From Lepidodermella squamata (lineage: Eukaryota; Animalia; Gastrotricha), in NCBI GenBank assembly GCA_047495785.1, contig JBLDXI010000029.1, positions 1,922,001 to 1,986,000 of the forward strand: DNA of 64,000 nt, written 5' to 3'. This document shows, in pieces, positions 1-12,600 of the stretch. Below the pieces are notes generated by a model, which saw only the letters and a program-made list of their open reading frames with translations, searched no databases and had not been told where the DNA came from. Made by a program: the position numbers and the translations under genes. Positions within the stretch are counted from its first letter, which is position 1, and each line of letters opens with the position of its first letter.

Positions 1-487
1 ATGCCATACACTGCGCGCAAAACAACCATTGACACGCTTCACTGCACATATCCTTGAGAATGTAAAAAAACGCGGAGATTAAAATTAACAGCTTTGAAAA
101 ACTGGGGCTTTGTTACCTGCTTGACCCTATACAAGGTCCTGAATCTTACAGCTAGCGGCAGCGACCCACAGACAACAGGATAGCAGCAATTTTCACCTTC
201 CATTCGATTTTATGTATGTAGAAATAATCAAAGGTAAAATAAATCATCCCATACCCAATCTATTAGCAGCACAGCACATTAATGCTGACGGGAAAATCGC
301 GCCGAGAAAACCTGAGGAAAATATACGGATGCATTGATTAGGATCGGATGAGAAACCTACACCAGCCGCAATTTTTGAAACATTCGCATAGCCCGACCTC
401 ATACGGTGTCTCAGCATTCTTGTCCACTGGCTGGCCAGCCGTGACCATCGTCATCGGCTGGGTGACGATAGGGTAAGTATTAGCCAT
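1..487 (-). CDS. PLAC8/cornifelin-family Cys-rich protein, multi-exon, 3' end beyond the window edge
   Basis: Not in the ORF track. Manual splicing from ATG 487 through GT-AG introns gives MANTYPIVTQP...YEVGLCECFKNCGWC/FLGAIFPSALMCCAANRL/GENCCYPVVCGSLPLAVRFRTLYRVKQ/DMCSEACQWLFCAQCMA, which follows the PLAC8 pattern (V..QP, GLC.C, GE.CC, R..Y, FC..C). Confidence 0.75.
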
Positions 488-993
488 CGGTCAAACGTTT
501 CCTATAACAAATTCAGGCCCGAATTGAAGGTAGTATTGAAAATTTATCAAATAGAAAAGTGTACTGGATTACAAATCCAACTTCGCTGCATTTTAAAGAA
601 GACCTATGTAGCATGTTAGTTTTAGCACAGAAGACTGCCAAATTAATAAATAGCTACGCGTATTATATGTAATAAGTATCAACTCAGTGCAGGAATCGAT
701 CACGCACAGGTCTAGGTATCAAGTGTGATCGCAGCATTCCCATCAGGCTGCCGAGCTTGTCCGCGTTTTTTATTCGCTGCAATTACTATAGCTTAAAGGT
801 ACTCAGTCATGTTTAAATGCGCTCTAAACCGTAATTATTTCATCGATTTTTTGCGCATGATACAGGATACGATTTCAAGTACATGACTCAGTGTGTAGGT
901 AGCGAAAAAGTCGGCGAAGTAAATATTGGGACGAACATTTTTTATTAGCATTATTTAATTCCAAAATCGATCGGAAAACGTTAATTCGTACAG

Positions 994-3900
994 TTAATTC
1001 GTATGATAAAAATTGCGATGAGACAGAAGAACCCCGGGTAATATGTGGTAGAATTCATTCACGATATCTGCGACTATATCGAGAGCCCAGGATACGTAAA
1101 GCTCGTCTTGACCACGAGCTGTGACACAGACCCCAAACCGCGCACCATTCTCGCCACCAACAAGCTTAGCGACGACGTAGGATTTCGTGAATTCGCTGTC
1201 AGGGTTTCGCCGAATTTCTGCGGCAACGCAACGGCCGCGTTGAATTTCCATGAAAAGCCACGCTGATTGATGTAGTCGGACTTGGAATAGCTGGAATAGC
1301 TTCTTCATTTCAATCTCAGAACCAACAAGAGGCCAAAATTCAAAAGACTGAACCATTTCACCGCCCTCAAACGCTTCAGGCCAATCAGCTTGGTTTTCCT
1401 TCGAATTTTCGTTGAAATTGTACTTCGTTAGCTTGACAATAGAGGTTGTAAACCAGCTTTGCAGATGCCCTTTACCCTGCTGGTCTGTATCGCATCGCAC
1501 ATAGCCTAATCCGTAGTCTTCCAACAACTTTTCAGCGTGTTTCATTGAAGTAACGTGGCTAGCTGTTGGGAAGAATAGAGAACACTTCAAAAGTGGCTCA
1601 CAGACAGAGCCTTGTTCCCTAAACGCCTGTAAAGCCTGTTCGAACTTGTCGTCTGGAAAACGGGCTCGATGCTTTAAGACAGAGCAATCAACAGTTGGGG
1701 CTTCACATAGGATAGGCTCCAACGCCCGGATTAATTGGCTAGGCCTTACAGTCACCCATCGCCCTGGAACGTAGCGACTTATAACGCCGGATGCCTCGAG
1801 GAAATCCAACGATTCCTGCAGTTCATCAGGGTTGCTAAGCCCGGAGACTGCCGCCTCTTGCAGAGCTTCCTGCCAATCGATTAACGGATTTCGCTTCTGC
1901 AGAAGTCGCCTACCCAAATCTTGCCACGACTTTTCAGGTTTCTTCTGAACATGAGGCGTTAGATTGGCGTTGATTGCAAGTAGCTCAAGCTGCCACTCCA
2001 ACTCCTCCCACCGATCAGCATTTGCCCAACTGTCGATTAGGGTCACCTCGCGACATGTTCGCAACAAGGCGTCGCGTGTCTTCAAATCCCCAAGAAAATT
2101 AAGCCGCTGCGACGTTAGTTCATGCAGCCGTTTGATAGCAGGTAGCGAACTTGTCGCAGAAGGAATCGCCGGCATTTCGTCGTTGAACTGGCCCAAGGCA
2201 GCCTGGATCCGCTTTACATACTTCATAACTTCAACACGGGTTCTTTGGTTGCAGAGTGGAGGAGCGGTTGGGCGTTCTTCCAAGTCGTTGCCAGTACTCA
2301 CCGCTACCAACTTAACGACGGCCCCTGGCGCGCAGACTGAAATTGTCTCAAGCCAACGTTCCAACTTCGAAGGTTCTGTAGGTTCTGTAGCATCCAGAGT
2401 CGCGAAGTCGAAGACTAAAAGGACTATGCTTGACCTAACCAGAAAAAGTGGAGTCAAGTAGTTCGTGGCATCGAATTCGCTATGAAGATCATAGACCACA
2501 AAAGGAACCCCGTTTGTAGATGACCACTTGTGGATACCGCAAACCTTGGAACCCTTGTCCATATAGTGAATCCCGACCAACTGCTTGATAATCGTTGTTT
2601 TCACAGAATCGCTATCTCCAAGCACTAGAATCCTGGTTGGGTTCAATCTCTGGTCCTTCGCGAGGTTTTGAACAGCAAGACGACGAACACTGTCGCAGAG
2701 TAGGCCGATATCATCCCCCATCCAAACAACAGGTGGAGGTACGGCAAGCTCAGCGTTGCCCAGAAGCCACAGGCCTGTCCGTCTCAGACCTTCGAACGTA
2801 TGCATCAGATTCAAGGAATCCAGCTTATGAATCGTGCTCGGAACTTCGGCGATATGGTTCTTTCTAACATCTAAAGTTTCCAAGAAGTTCAGCTCGGCGA
2901 TGCATTCTGGTATTGACGTTAAATTATTCTTCGCCATGTTGAGAATTCGAAGTTTGGTCAAATTCGCGATTTGATTCGGAATCTCGCTAATTTGGTTATT
3001 TGAGCAATCCAATTCTCGCAATTGAGGCAGGTGGAGGACGGATTTAGGTATCACCTGGAACTTATTGCTAGCAATTCGAAGTCTCCTTAACGTGTTTCCA
3101 AGGTCCCATAACGTGTCTGGCAGGGTTTCTAATTCGTTATTCGATAGATTCAGATCTCGTAATTTGATCAATTTTGTCACAGTTTCAGGGAAGATTTTGA
3201 TGTAGTTATTTGATAGATCGAGCGAGACGAGCGATTCGAGGTTATGCTGTGGGAAAGTGTTGATTTTCGTGTAACTCAAATCCATATCTCGCAGGGACCT
3301 TAGGTTGAAAACGACTGAGGAAATGTGTTCGGATTGAATTTGCTGCCGTTGGATCAAGTTTTCCATGTATGAATCGACATTGGCTGCGGTGAATACTCGA
3401 TAGCTGATTCCGAGGGTATGAAGCTGGGTGAGCTCGGCGACTGTTTCAGGCAGAGACTGAAGGGCATTGCCGTACAAAATCAACTCTTGAAGGTCTTGAC
3501 AGTAGGCGATTTCGGGCGGCAATGTCTAAAAAACGATTGAAAAAGAGTAAATAATTTTCATGGCCTCGAAATTGAAAAAAATGAGAAAATAAAAATAAAA
3601 AAACAGCTTAATGTGAATATTCGGACTCGATCGAAAATGTTTATCGATTGCTGAAAATTATGAAATTTTTTAAAACTTAATTTAATTTTCAGATCTCAAA
3701 GTGAATAATTTAATAATTTAAAAAAAAAATTTAAATTTAAAAAAAGTGTCCTGTCTAAAGTTTAATATTTGGGGCAATAAATTATTTTCAAATTATTGAG
3801 GATCCAAAATTCAAAAAAAGCCCATCTTAAAATTTAGAAAAAAAGTAAAATTTTAATTTTTTCACCCACCGTTAATCCAGTTAGTTGTAGATTGAGCTTC

Positions 3901-4523
3901 TTTAGTTTCTTGAGCTTGCCAACCTCAGCCGGCAGTTGATAAATTCTATTCCGATTCAGGTACAACTCGGATAGATTGCGCAGCTCCCAAATAACCGGCG
4001 GAACGTGCATCAAATTACAGCATTGAATGCTCAACGTGTGCAAATAATTCAACTTGGCCAAATTTCTCGTCAGACCTTCGTTATCCTGAGGCCCGCGGCA
4101 CCTGATCGAAGTATTGTTAACGTGTAATTCGTGTAAATACGGCAACTGGACAATGGACGACCCGACTTGGCCAATATTATTCGCCGATAAATCGAGAACT
4201 CCTATCAACCGATTTTCCCATAAACTGTCCGGGATATTTGTCAAAGCCTGGTTGCTGAGATCGGCTACGACCAAATTGATCACCTGGCCATTGGGTAACG
4301 TTAAAGTTGGCGCCTTGTATTTATTAGGTGGTGGGTCGAGGGGTCCGGCGCTTTCGCCACGTTCATTGCCCGGGGTCGCCGGGGTTTGAGGTGCCGTAGT
4401 GTTATCTGTTCGTTTGCTGTCACGTGACGCCGGGGTCCGAGGCGTGGCCCCGGAAGCACGCATAAATTTCGACGGGGTCTTGCGCACCTTTTTAGTCAGC
4501 TTTCCACCACCCGTCTCTGCCAT
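994..4523 (-). CDS. LRR-Roc(-COR) Roco-family protein, MFHAS1-like, without kinase; 2 exons (4523-3870, 3525-994)
   Basis: Many LxxLxLxxN repeats across both ORFs, joined by a phase-0 GT-AG intron. These are followed by a Roc-like segment (RILVLGDSDSVKTT...VVYDL...LFLVRSSIVLLVFD...WL..I) and a COR-like segment (L.FL...G.I). Confidence 0.85.
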
Positions 4524-4773
4524 TTCTAAGTTCTGAATTGATTTAAAAAATAGCTAGAAAATTTAAGAAAACTTGTAAAAGGTGGATGTGGTACAGGTAA
4601 GGCACCGGCTATTTACGCGCGCCAAGATTTTATTACGAAAACAGTGGCTATGTTCGAAAATATTGACGCGTGTAATATATTGAAAGCAGAGCAAAATGAA
4701 GGCTGGCGGTTGGAGTGGTTGCTATGCACGCTTTTGACGCGAGCCGCAAGGTGCACACATATCGATTATAACC

Positions 4774-4775
<2 letters not shown>

Positions 4776-4815
<40 letters not shown>
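4776..4815. repeat. (GT)20 microsatellite
   Basis: Read directly from the sequence. Confidence 0.95.
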
Positions 4816-4818
<3 letters not shown>

Positions 4819-5355
4819 GGTATAATGTCGCGCTGGTCCTCGGGCGTACGCGCGCGCTGTCAGCAGGAAAGCGCGCACTCAAAAGGCGCCACTCGTTTTT
4901 ATAAGATTAATTTACGGAAGACCAGAGTTGCCACACCTTCAGGCTCTTAAAATATTCCTGAGTCATCAACATCCGAAAATCGAGAGAGAATATTTAAAAA
5001 ATTCACAATTTTTGGTTCCTCTACAGTGTGTCCCACAAGTTGCGCTACTATTTTTCACTTGGGCAACTTTTTTTTAGGAAATTTAATTTTTTTTTAAATT
5101 GAACCGTCGGAATATTCCACATTTTATCCACAGAAATAAAAAAATTCCGGAGAAAACCCCCTATGCTTACTCTTTCGGTAATTTTCGGTATTTTACCCTT
5201 TCAGAACAAATTTCTCCGAATTTTTTTAATTCCATTAACATTGATTTTTTGATTTTCTACACAATTTTTCTGACAATGAGATGTGTCTCTCATTTTAGAG
5301 TTTCTGAACCTTTTTTCTGTGTATTTTCTTTTTGCTTTCGTTACTTACGGGAAAC

Positions 5356-6126
5356 ACCTGGCTGAAGCTAGCAGGACGTATCTTGCAGGATTGTGTTCCG
5401 CTCATTTTCGCTCTTGTGCCACCCTTGTGCCATCAGTCTGAGGACCTAATTAGATAAACCAGGTGTATTCCAGAGATTGCCGCATCGATTTCATCAAGTA
5501 ATTAACGATTGACGCAATTAAGGGTCACAGTATACGCGCCCTGTTCTAAATTAACCTCGCAGGATACTGTGCCAGTCATAAAACTTGGTGGACTGGGGTA
5601 GAATTTTGCGCCGATTACGAATATGCAATCCTCTTGCGTGTCCAATCTGCGCAAAATTCGATTTGTGCCATTATTTGTGAAAATAAGCAATAAAATGACC
5701 TATCACGTGACCTTTGACCTTAGGTGAGCCTGTGCCGGCAATGCAGGATCAACCAATCGATAGAGCGGGGTCGATTACCCTAGTTTACCAATTGACAGCC
5801 CAATGCAATCAAAATCGAGTGTGGAAAACGTAGCCAAAATACCGTAAAATATCAATTTTTAGCACCGCAGGGTGACTACAACAAAAAGTGGGTCAACCAC
5901 CCTTGCAGGATTGTGTGCCAGGCATTATGAAATGACCGTCTAGACCAGTTTTTGGCCCTGATCACGAATTTCAAGTCTGTTTGCGTAACCGGAGCCGGCA
6001 AATCGGTTATTTTGCCTGATTTATGAGGAAAAACCGCGAAAATTGGCTTGTCACGTGACCTGTGACCCCAGGTGTGCCTGTGCCAGTAGCGCAGGAAGCG
6101 CCAATCGATCGGGCGTGGTCGAAAAC
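5356..6126 (+). repeat. Left TIR of the MULE, with internal sub-repeats
   Basis: Reverse complement of 14711-15481. An imperfect ~70-bp module TCACGTGACCT.TGACC..AGGTG.GCCTGTGCC occurs at ~5703 and ~6051, and GCAGGAT..TGT recurs. Confidence 0.95.
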
Positions 6127-6613
6127 GGTTGCTCTTATCGGGGCAACTTCGTCTAATGAAATCTGAACATTTAAAACGTTAATGAAATCAAGTATTTCGA
6201 TATTATTACGAATTTTTATTTTTTTTCTACAGATTATTAATTCCACTGTTTTGTTATAGTTAACGTTCCATTTTTTATAGTTAAAATGGAACGTTCAAAA
6301 AGCGGAGTACAAGATGTGATAATAAGAATGGAAAATTATTTGGATTCACTCTGGCATTCACTTCTGGGGCATTTTCACTCTTCGGAAAAGCAATTAGACA
6401 CCGACTGAGTAAATAGGATGTTAGTAGGACTTCGCATCTCAAATATATAAGAGACGCCAAATAAACAGCGCGAGTATAAATGGTATTGTATCTAGTATCG
6501 TTTCCATTCTATGCAAAAGCGTTATGATGAATGTCCAGCGATACCCTGTAGATATTAGTGTATCCCAACGAATCCAATTGCGGAGATTCAAAATTCAAAA
6601 CCGCAAAAAATAG

Positions 6614-9600
6614 TTAGCGGTCAAATATGTAGTCGCCTGAATTCAGTTGGGGTTCCGCACAGCTTAGTTCCTGTTCGTCTGGCGTACGCCCAAGAATAAG
6701 AAAAACGCCCAGCCATTTTTTCAAGGCGGGTGATTCAGGCCGCAGGTAATTCCGTCTCGCCTTCCCCTCGGTGACAAGGGTATAATCCAACGGGAAAGAA
6801 CCAGGCGTGAGGAGGCCGTAGTTTGACGTGCCACTTTGCCTAGCCACGACGGCGACGACTTCATAGCTGGATATTACTGCTACATTACATGTTTTACGTT
6901 TCTTAACAAAAATTTACCTCAGATTCTGGAATGATAATTGCGTTAGATTCAGGCATTTGCTAAGGGCTACAAGACCATCAATGGCGATGATGATGGTGGG
7001 GCTTGGCGAAACTCGGCCATCTTCGTGATGATGAGTGCCAACACTGATCAGCCTCGTGCCCTGGCATGGCGATCTGAACAAATTTCAACCCCAAAATTTT
7101 AACCTGGCCGTTAATTCAACAATATTTAGTGGATTTTACCCGCTAGATTCCACGTATTGACAATCGGTCGAAGTCTGACCGAATCGGTTGCTCAACATTT
7201 CCTCTAGCTGCCGCGTAGATGGAAAGCTACAAATTAATTGGCATTCAAAATTGATCCGAAGAAATGAATTGATAAAGCACACCTGCTTTGATCCGACTCG
7301 ATGATGAGGAACGGATTCGTAATGAATTCTGTCCGAGGCGGAGAGGTGCAGAATTCATTTTGGCAGTTGCCAACTTTCCGAGAAAGCCCACATCGGTCAA
7401 TAGCAAAGATCGCTGAGCACAACTGACTGGGCCTTATATCGTCAAAGCTGTACACTCTGCCCCCATCTTCACGCCGAACAGCGAAATCAGAGTACAGCTC
7501 TTCGATCAAAATGCCTCGCCTGGCTCGGAGTTCGAAGCGAGTCGCTGTTTTATTGCTGATGGCTTCCAAATAAGAAACCCATTTACCTGGGCATAGACTT
7601 TGGCGGATTGGGGCCATGCCCATAGCAAATAGGTCAAAAGGTCGCGTGCTTCTTAGGTCAACATCATGACTTGCAAAGTCAGAGGCAGGCAATTGGTCGA
7701 GCACGCTGAGTCCCAAGGCGAAGCTGATTTCTTGGGCTTCCGATCCATCCGAAGCCAAATCATCGAAAGTCCAAGCGTCCTTGCGCGACTTACCTTTCCC
7801 CGGATTGTCTTTGCGGGTTTTAGGAGCATTAGGAGACTTCGGAGACTTCAGAACTTTGGGAGCCTTGGGAGCCTTTGGAGCCTTGGGAACCTTGGGATCC
7901 TTGGGAGCTTTCGGAGCCCTCGAAACTTTCGGAGCTTTCGCAGCCTTGCGAGGCTTCGGATCTTTTACGGTCTTCGCAGCTCTTCGAGGCTTTGAATCTT
8001 TGGGCGTTGGATTTTCCAGAGGCTCCGGTGCATTCGCAAGCTTTGGAATTTTCCTTGGCTTTGAATCTTTGGCTATCAGGGTTGTTTCTGGAGCCCTTCG
8101 TCGCTGGGATGCCATGGGCTGACTTGCTGTAGCTGAGCTTACTGAGGCCGGCTCATCATCCATAGCCGAAACTATCGACGAACTTTCCAATACCATCCCG
8201 CTATCTTGCAATCGTGTGGGTATTTCAAATTGGAAATTGCTCAATTCGTAAATCGCCTCTAGACCGGCCAGTCTATATAGTTAACATTAAAGTCCCAATA
8301 TCGTCCCATATAAATAATAAGCAGGCAGCCATTCTATACCTAGAAAATGAGCTTTTCCCAACAGCCGAGAGCTGCTGTGACTCTTTGCTGCTGAGATCCA
8401 TTGCAGCATGGGCCTGTTCGGAATAGGGTGGAGGGGGTGAAGGTGGAAGTGGGACGCTAAATTATCATATAGCTAGACAAGTCCTTCAAAGTAAAACACA
8501 AAAATCACCTGGAAGATGGAACAGATTCCACGAACGTAGCAACATCAGCCGAAACAGGTTTGGGACAGCAGTAAAAGAAAATAACTGCGTAGTAAAGGCG
8601 ATAGAATTTCTGAAGCTCATTGTCGAATTTTCGCCAAAACGGTTTCCGTGTACGTGAGCTGACTACAAGATCGTCAAGCAAGTAAGCGTCACCATCGATG
8701 ATCCTGATAGTGACGTAATGTCCCGAGCCTTCCCTATCCTCGGTTCTCTTGCCTTCTGCTCGATTAGGCTCGCTGAAAAGAATAGCGCTGTGAAGCGAAT
8801 ATCTTTAGGGGAAAGGAGATCTGACATTTGGCTTCATTTACAACACTAAGATGAAGACTTACGAAAAGTGTTCCATTTCAAGAGACTTGGGAGCTTGGTT
8901 GAGAACAGTGGTTGCTGTCCACTCCCAACTCGACTCAAACTCGATGGCAATAAAAGGTAGGGGCTTGCTTGGATCATGATGCCTAGCGGGTGATAGCATT
9001 CGATGATGGTTTTTGCAACGGCACATCACAATGTCCTCAAAAAATAAGGCGTCGATTTGCGCTTGGAAAGTCACCCTTTGCAACGCTGTATTTGCTCGAA
9101 CAGCCTCATAGTGCTGCGCATTTTCCCTACAAATTAATGAAATAAATAGATAAAAGCCTTGAATGGGACAGAAAACTGACGCCTCAATAGAACCCAATAA
9201 GACAGGATTAACCACTTTTTGTATCTGAGTCGGCTTACGGCATTCTTCACACGGATGTAGGTCTCGCAGTAAATAGCAGCCATCAAGTTCACACATTTGC
9301 GTAAGCCAAAGCATACAATTTCCATCTCCAACATTGGAAACTCGCATCTCGTAATGATCAATTGGGCAGCAAATTGATGAATCAGGGGATACTTCGATGA
9401 CCCGACCGAAGCAATCAATTGGCAACAACCTAGTTTCATTGTTCCTCGGAAACACTCTGCCCATAAATCTGAATCTGGCTAACTGAGCCATCCTCTCGCC
9501 GTTTTCACTAGAAGCCGCGTCCTTTAGATTCCTCAGATAGTCCACCAGCTCGGACCCACAGAAACGCTCCATTTCGCAATGGGACACGGCGTTAATCAGG

Positions 9601-12600
9601 CTGTCCACTGCACACGTGTTGCTGGTTACGTGAAAGAACTCTTCTTTATCGGTTGAGAAAATTTTAACACTCCCTCCGTTTTGCAGCAAATATACGCCAC
9701 CTGACAACATTGTTTCAGTTACGATGACCGATTTCGCAGCCCCGCGTTGGTCATTTCCAGTTCCACGCGCAGGTCTTTCCGAAGTCCCAGCCGTTGGACC
9801 AGTCGAGGTTCCAGCAATTGGACCAGTCGAGGTTCCAGCAATTGGACCAGTCGAGGTTCCAGCCATTGGACCAGTCGAGGTTCCAGCCATTGGACCAGTC
9901 GAGGTTCCAGCCATTGGACCAGTCGAGGTTCTAGCCATGGGACCAGTCGAGGTTCCAGCCATTGGACCAGTCGAGGTCCCAGCCATTGGACCAGTCGAGG
10001 TTCCAGCCATTGGACCAGTCGAGGTTCTAGCCATTGGACCAGTCGAGGTCCCAGCCGTTGGACCAGCCGAGGTCCCAGCCGTTGGACCAGTTGAGGTCCC
10101 AGGCGTGAAAACACATCCCAAAATGTCATCAGACACAGAGAAATCGGATTGTTCTGAATCGGAAGTTGAAGAGCTGAGGATGTCGTTGTAGGCCTCGTCC
10201 ACACCCCCATCACTTCCAAGGTCCCAAATGGGACGTTTAGGAGGCAAGGATTCCGTTGCTGAGCTAATCTTGGATGTTTGCTGGTAAGTAACTTCGAACC
10301 TCGCGGAAAATTCCTTAACCAGACGTTGAGCAGCATATCCGATCCTTTGCCGACGTTTTTCTTTCCGAAATTTTTCGACCTCTTTATCAGCAGTATCAGC
10401 CTGTCTGTTTCGTTTCTGTGGGGCCGGCATCTCGTCGGAGAGCTCGATTGCTGCCAGACGGCCAGATTGGCTGACTTCCAGCTTTCGTACAACAGCGGCA
10501 ATTGACTGCTTCTTCTTACCTCCCAAGATGACGTTCTTCGTTGTATTTATTTCTGCTTCAACTGCCCCATTAGTGTAGTGACCAGGCGGCTTTTCCCATT
10601 TGGGACTGAAAGATTTGAAAATATTTTTACGAGTCTTTTCTACTACTTTCAACCACCCAGGGTGCCATGTGACTAAAATACTGAACTACGTTTCAAATTT
10701 AAGAGCACCAAGTGATCGAAATTGTTTTTATTCATAGTTTATTATTAAAACTCACAAACGCTTCGCTGCAATTCCGCTAACGAAGAGAGCAGACCAAAGA
10801 GGAAAAAGCGGCAAAAGTCTGTCAAGAAGCGCATCCATTGCGAATTTCGCGTAGAAGATATTGCGGGTTGAATCACCATCAGCTTCCATTTCATCTGCGG
10901 CTGGAATTGAGTCGTCAATCGACCGTTCCCGAATGTAGGAAAACATTCCACAACAGGCCGAGAGCTTTTTATATGTCCCACATTGAAATTCTTTGGAATC
11001 ATCTGGCCCAGCTATGATATTCGAACAAGCTTCACCGTTTAAATCTTCAACAAATTCTTCATCTCCTTGTATGGGAACCTCGGCTTTTGGCATACTTTCT
11101 GCGTAGATCTGCATCAGTGAGTTTAGATGGCTAATAGCCAACTCAACGTCTTCGCCATAATTCTCGGTATCGAATACCTTGCACATCAGGTGGAAAATCA
11201 TGAGAGCCAGACCAAGGTTCTGAGCACTCTGCAGAAATGCGAAGCATTGCATAAAAAAGGTTTTTACATGCTTTTGCAAGTATTTTCTTCCTTTTGAATT
11301 CAAAATTCCCATGACTTCTTTGAATAGATGAGCCATGCAAAGGACGAGCAACGTGAAATGACCCAAATCAGACTGGATCTCGCTTTGAACTTTCCCAGAA
11401 GAATCGCGAAGAGCTGAAAAGGTGTAGTTGAGAACTCGCTGCAGGCGGCATTGATTATAACATCGTGCTACAGCTTGCATCAAGGCAAAAGAATGATCGG
11501 TTACCACTGCATAAGGAGCCAGAACTTTGCCGCCTACTACATCATCCCAAGTGCTCCAAAGTACCTGAAGTGCATTGGAGATGGAAAATGCGTGCTGGTC
11601 AGAGAGGAAAAACTGTCCCATCGGAACCTTGGGACCACTTTCACCCAGCATTGGACAACGCATGCAGAGCAGGTATAGGAAAACCCGTTTTCCAGTTAAT
11701 AAATCATCCGCAACGACTTCACCCGTTGAATTAACATGAAAAACGTGGGATCTCCTCGCTTGCCGAGCCCATGTCTGACCCAGCCGAAATTGGCGATCGT
11801 AGCCAAGTACTACGCCGAGCGGTAGCATTGAGACACCTCGAGCGTACCGTAGCTCATCGTCCAGCGTCATTTGATCAACCAGCCACAAGAAGAGGTCAAT
11901 GTATGGATTCTCGTGCATTCTTTGCTCCAAAATTTTGATCCGAAGATATCTTCTGAAGAACGGTCTCACTTGGTATAGCAGCCAAATTCACAAACTCTCC
12001 TTGTAAAAGGAAAAATACAGGTTATAACCGGTAAGAAAAAGCCAGCTAACTTTATGTAAAAATAATATCGAATAATAACACATTTCGTCTTTCCATTTCG
12101 AACACCGAACCAAAACTACAACAGACTCGGAAGTCGAATCAATGCGGTGTTATAGAAATATTCGGGTATGAAAAGTGGGCACCTTTATTTTAGGATTCCC
12201 GTGCTAACTACAACCGATATTGATTTAAAGTTTCGATTTTACAAATCTATTATTTTTCCGATAATATGAGAAGTCTCGGAAGAAAATATTCGAAATATTT
12301 CTTCTTAGCTGACGACATTATTTATAGGCTAACAAAATGTCTTCGTGAGGGCTTCAATATCGATCAAGAAAATTAAATAATTAAATTTTTTAATAAAATA
12401 AAAAATTCACCTCGAACTCTTCTTTTGTGAGCCTGATCGAGCAAAGCCCATAGGTAGGCCGCGGGTTTCTGCTGTCGTAGCTCTTTCGCCAACTGTTTTC
12501 GAGCAACACCTCGCGTTTGGATGGTTCGTGGCGTAACCGGCTCATGCACCAGTGTCCCAATAATGGTTACCGTTACAGGAATACGATTATCCTGATTGAG

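Noticed and set aside
4644-4904. ORFs with VC/HT dipeptide runs
   Set aside because: Translation of the GT microsatellite.
5024-5346. TA-CAGTGTGTCCCAC... resembling a Tc1/mariner MITE end into which the MULE inserted
   Set aside because: No matching opposite terminus was found beyond 15490, so an element cannot be defined.
5502-5690. Identical 62-aa ORFs at 5502-5690 (-) and 15147-15335 (+)
   Set aside because: By-product of the TIRs; non-ATG start and no protein features.
9719-10501. Alternative-frame repeat ORFs and CRISPR-like appearance of the 24-bp array
   Set aside because: Contiguous tandem units with no spacers; the other frames stay open only because the unit has no stop codon.
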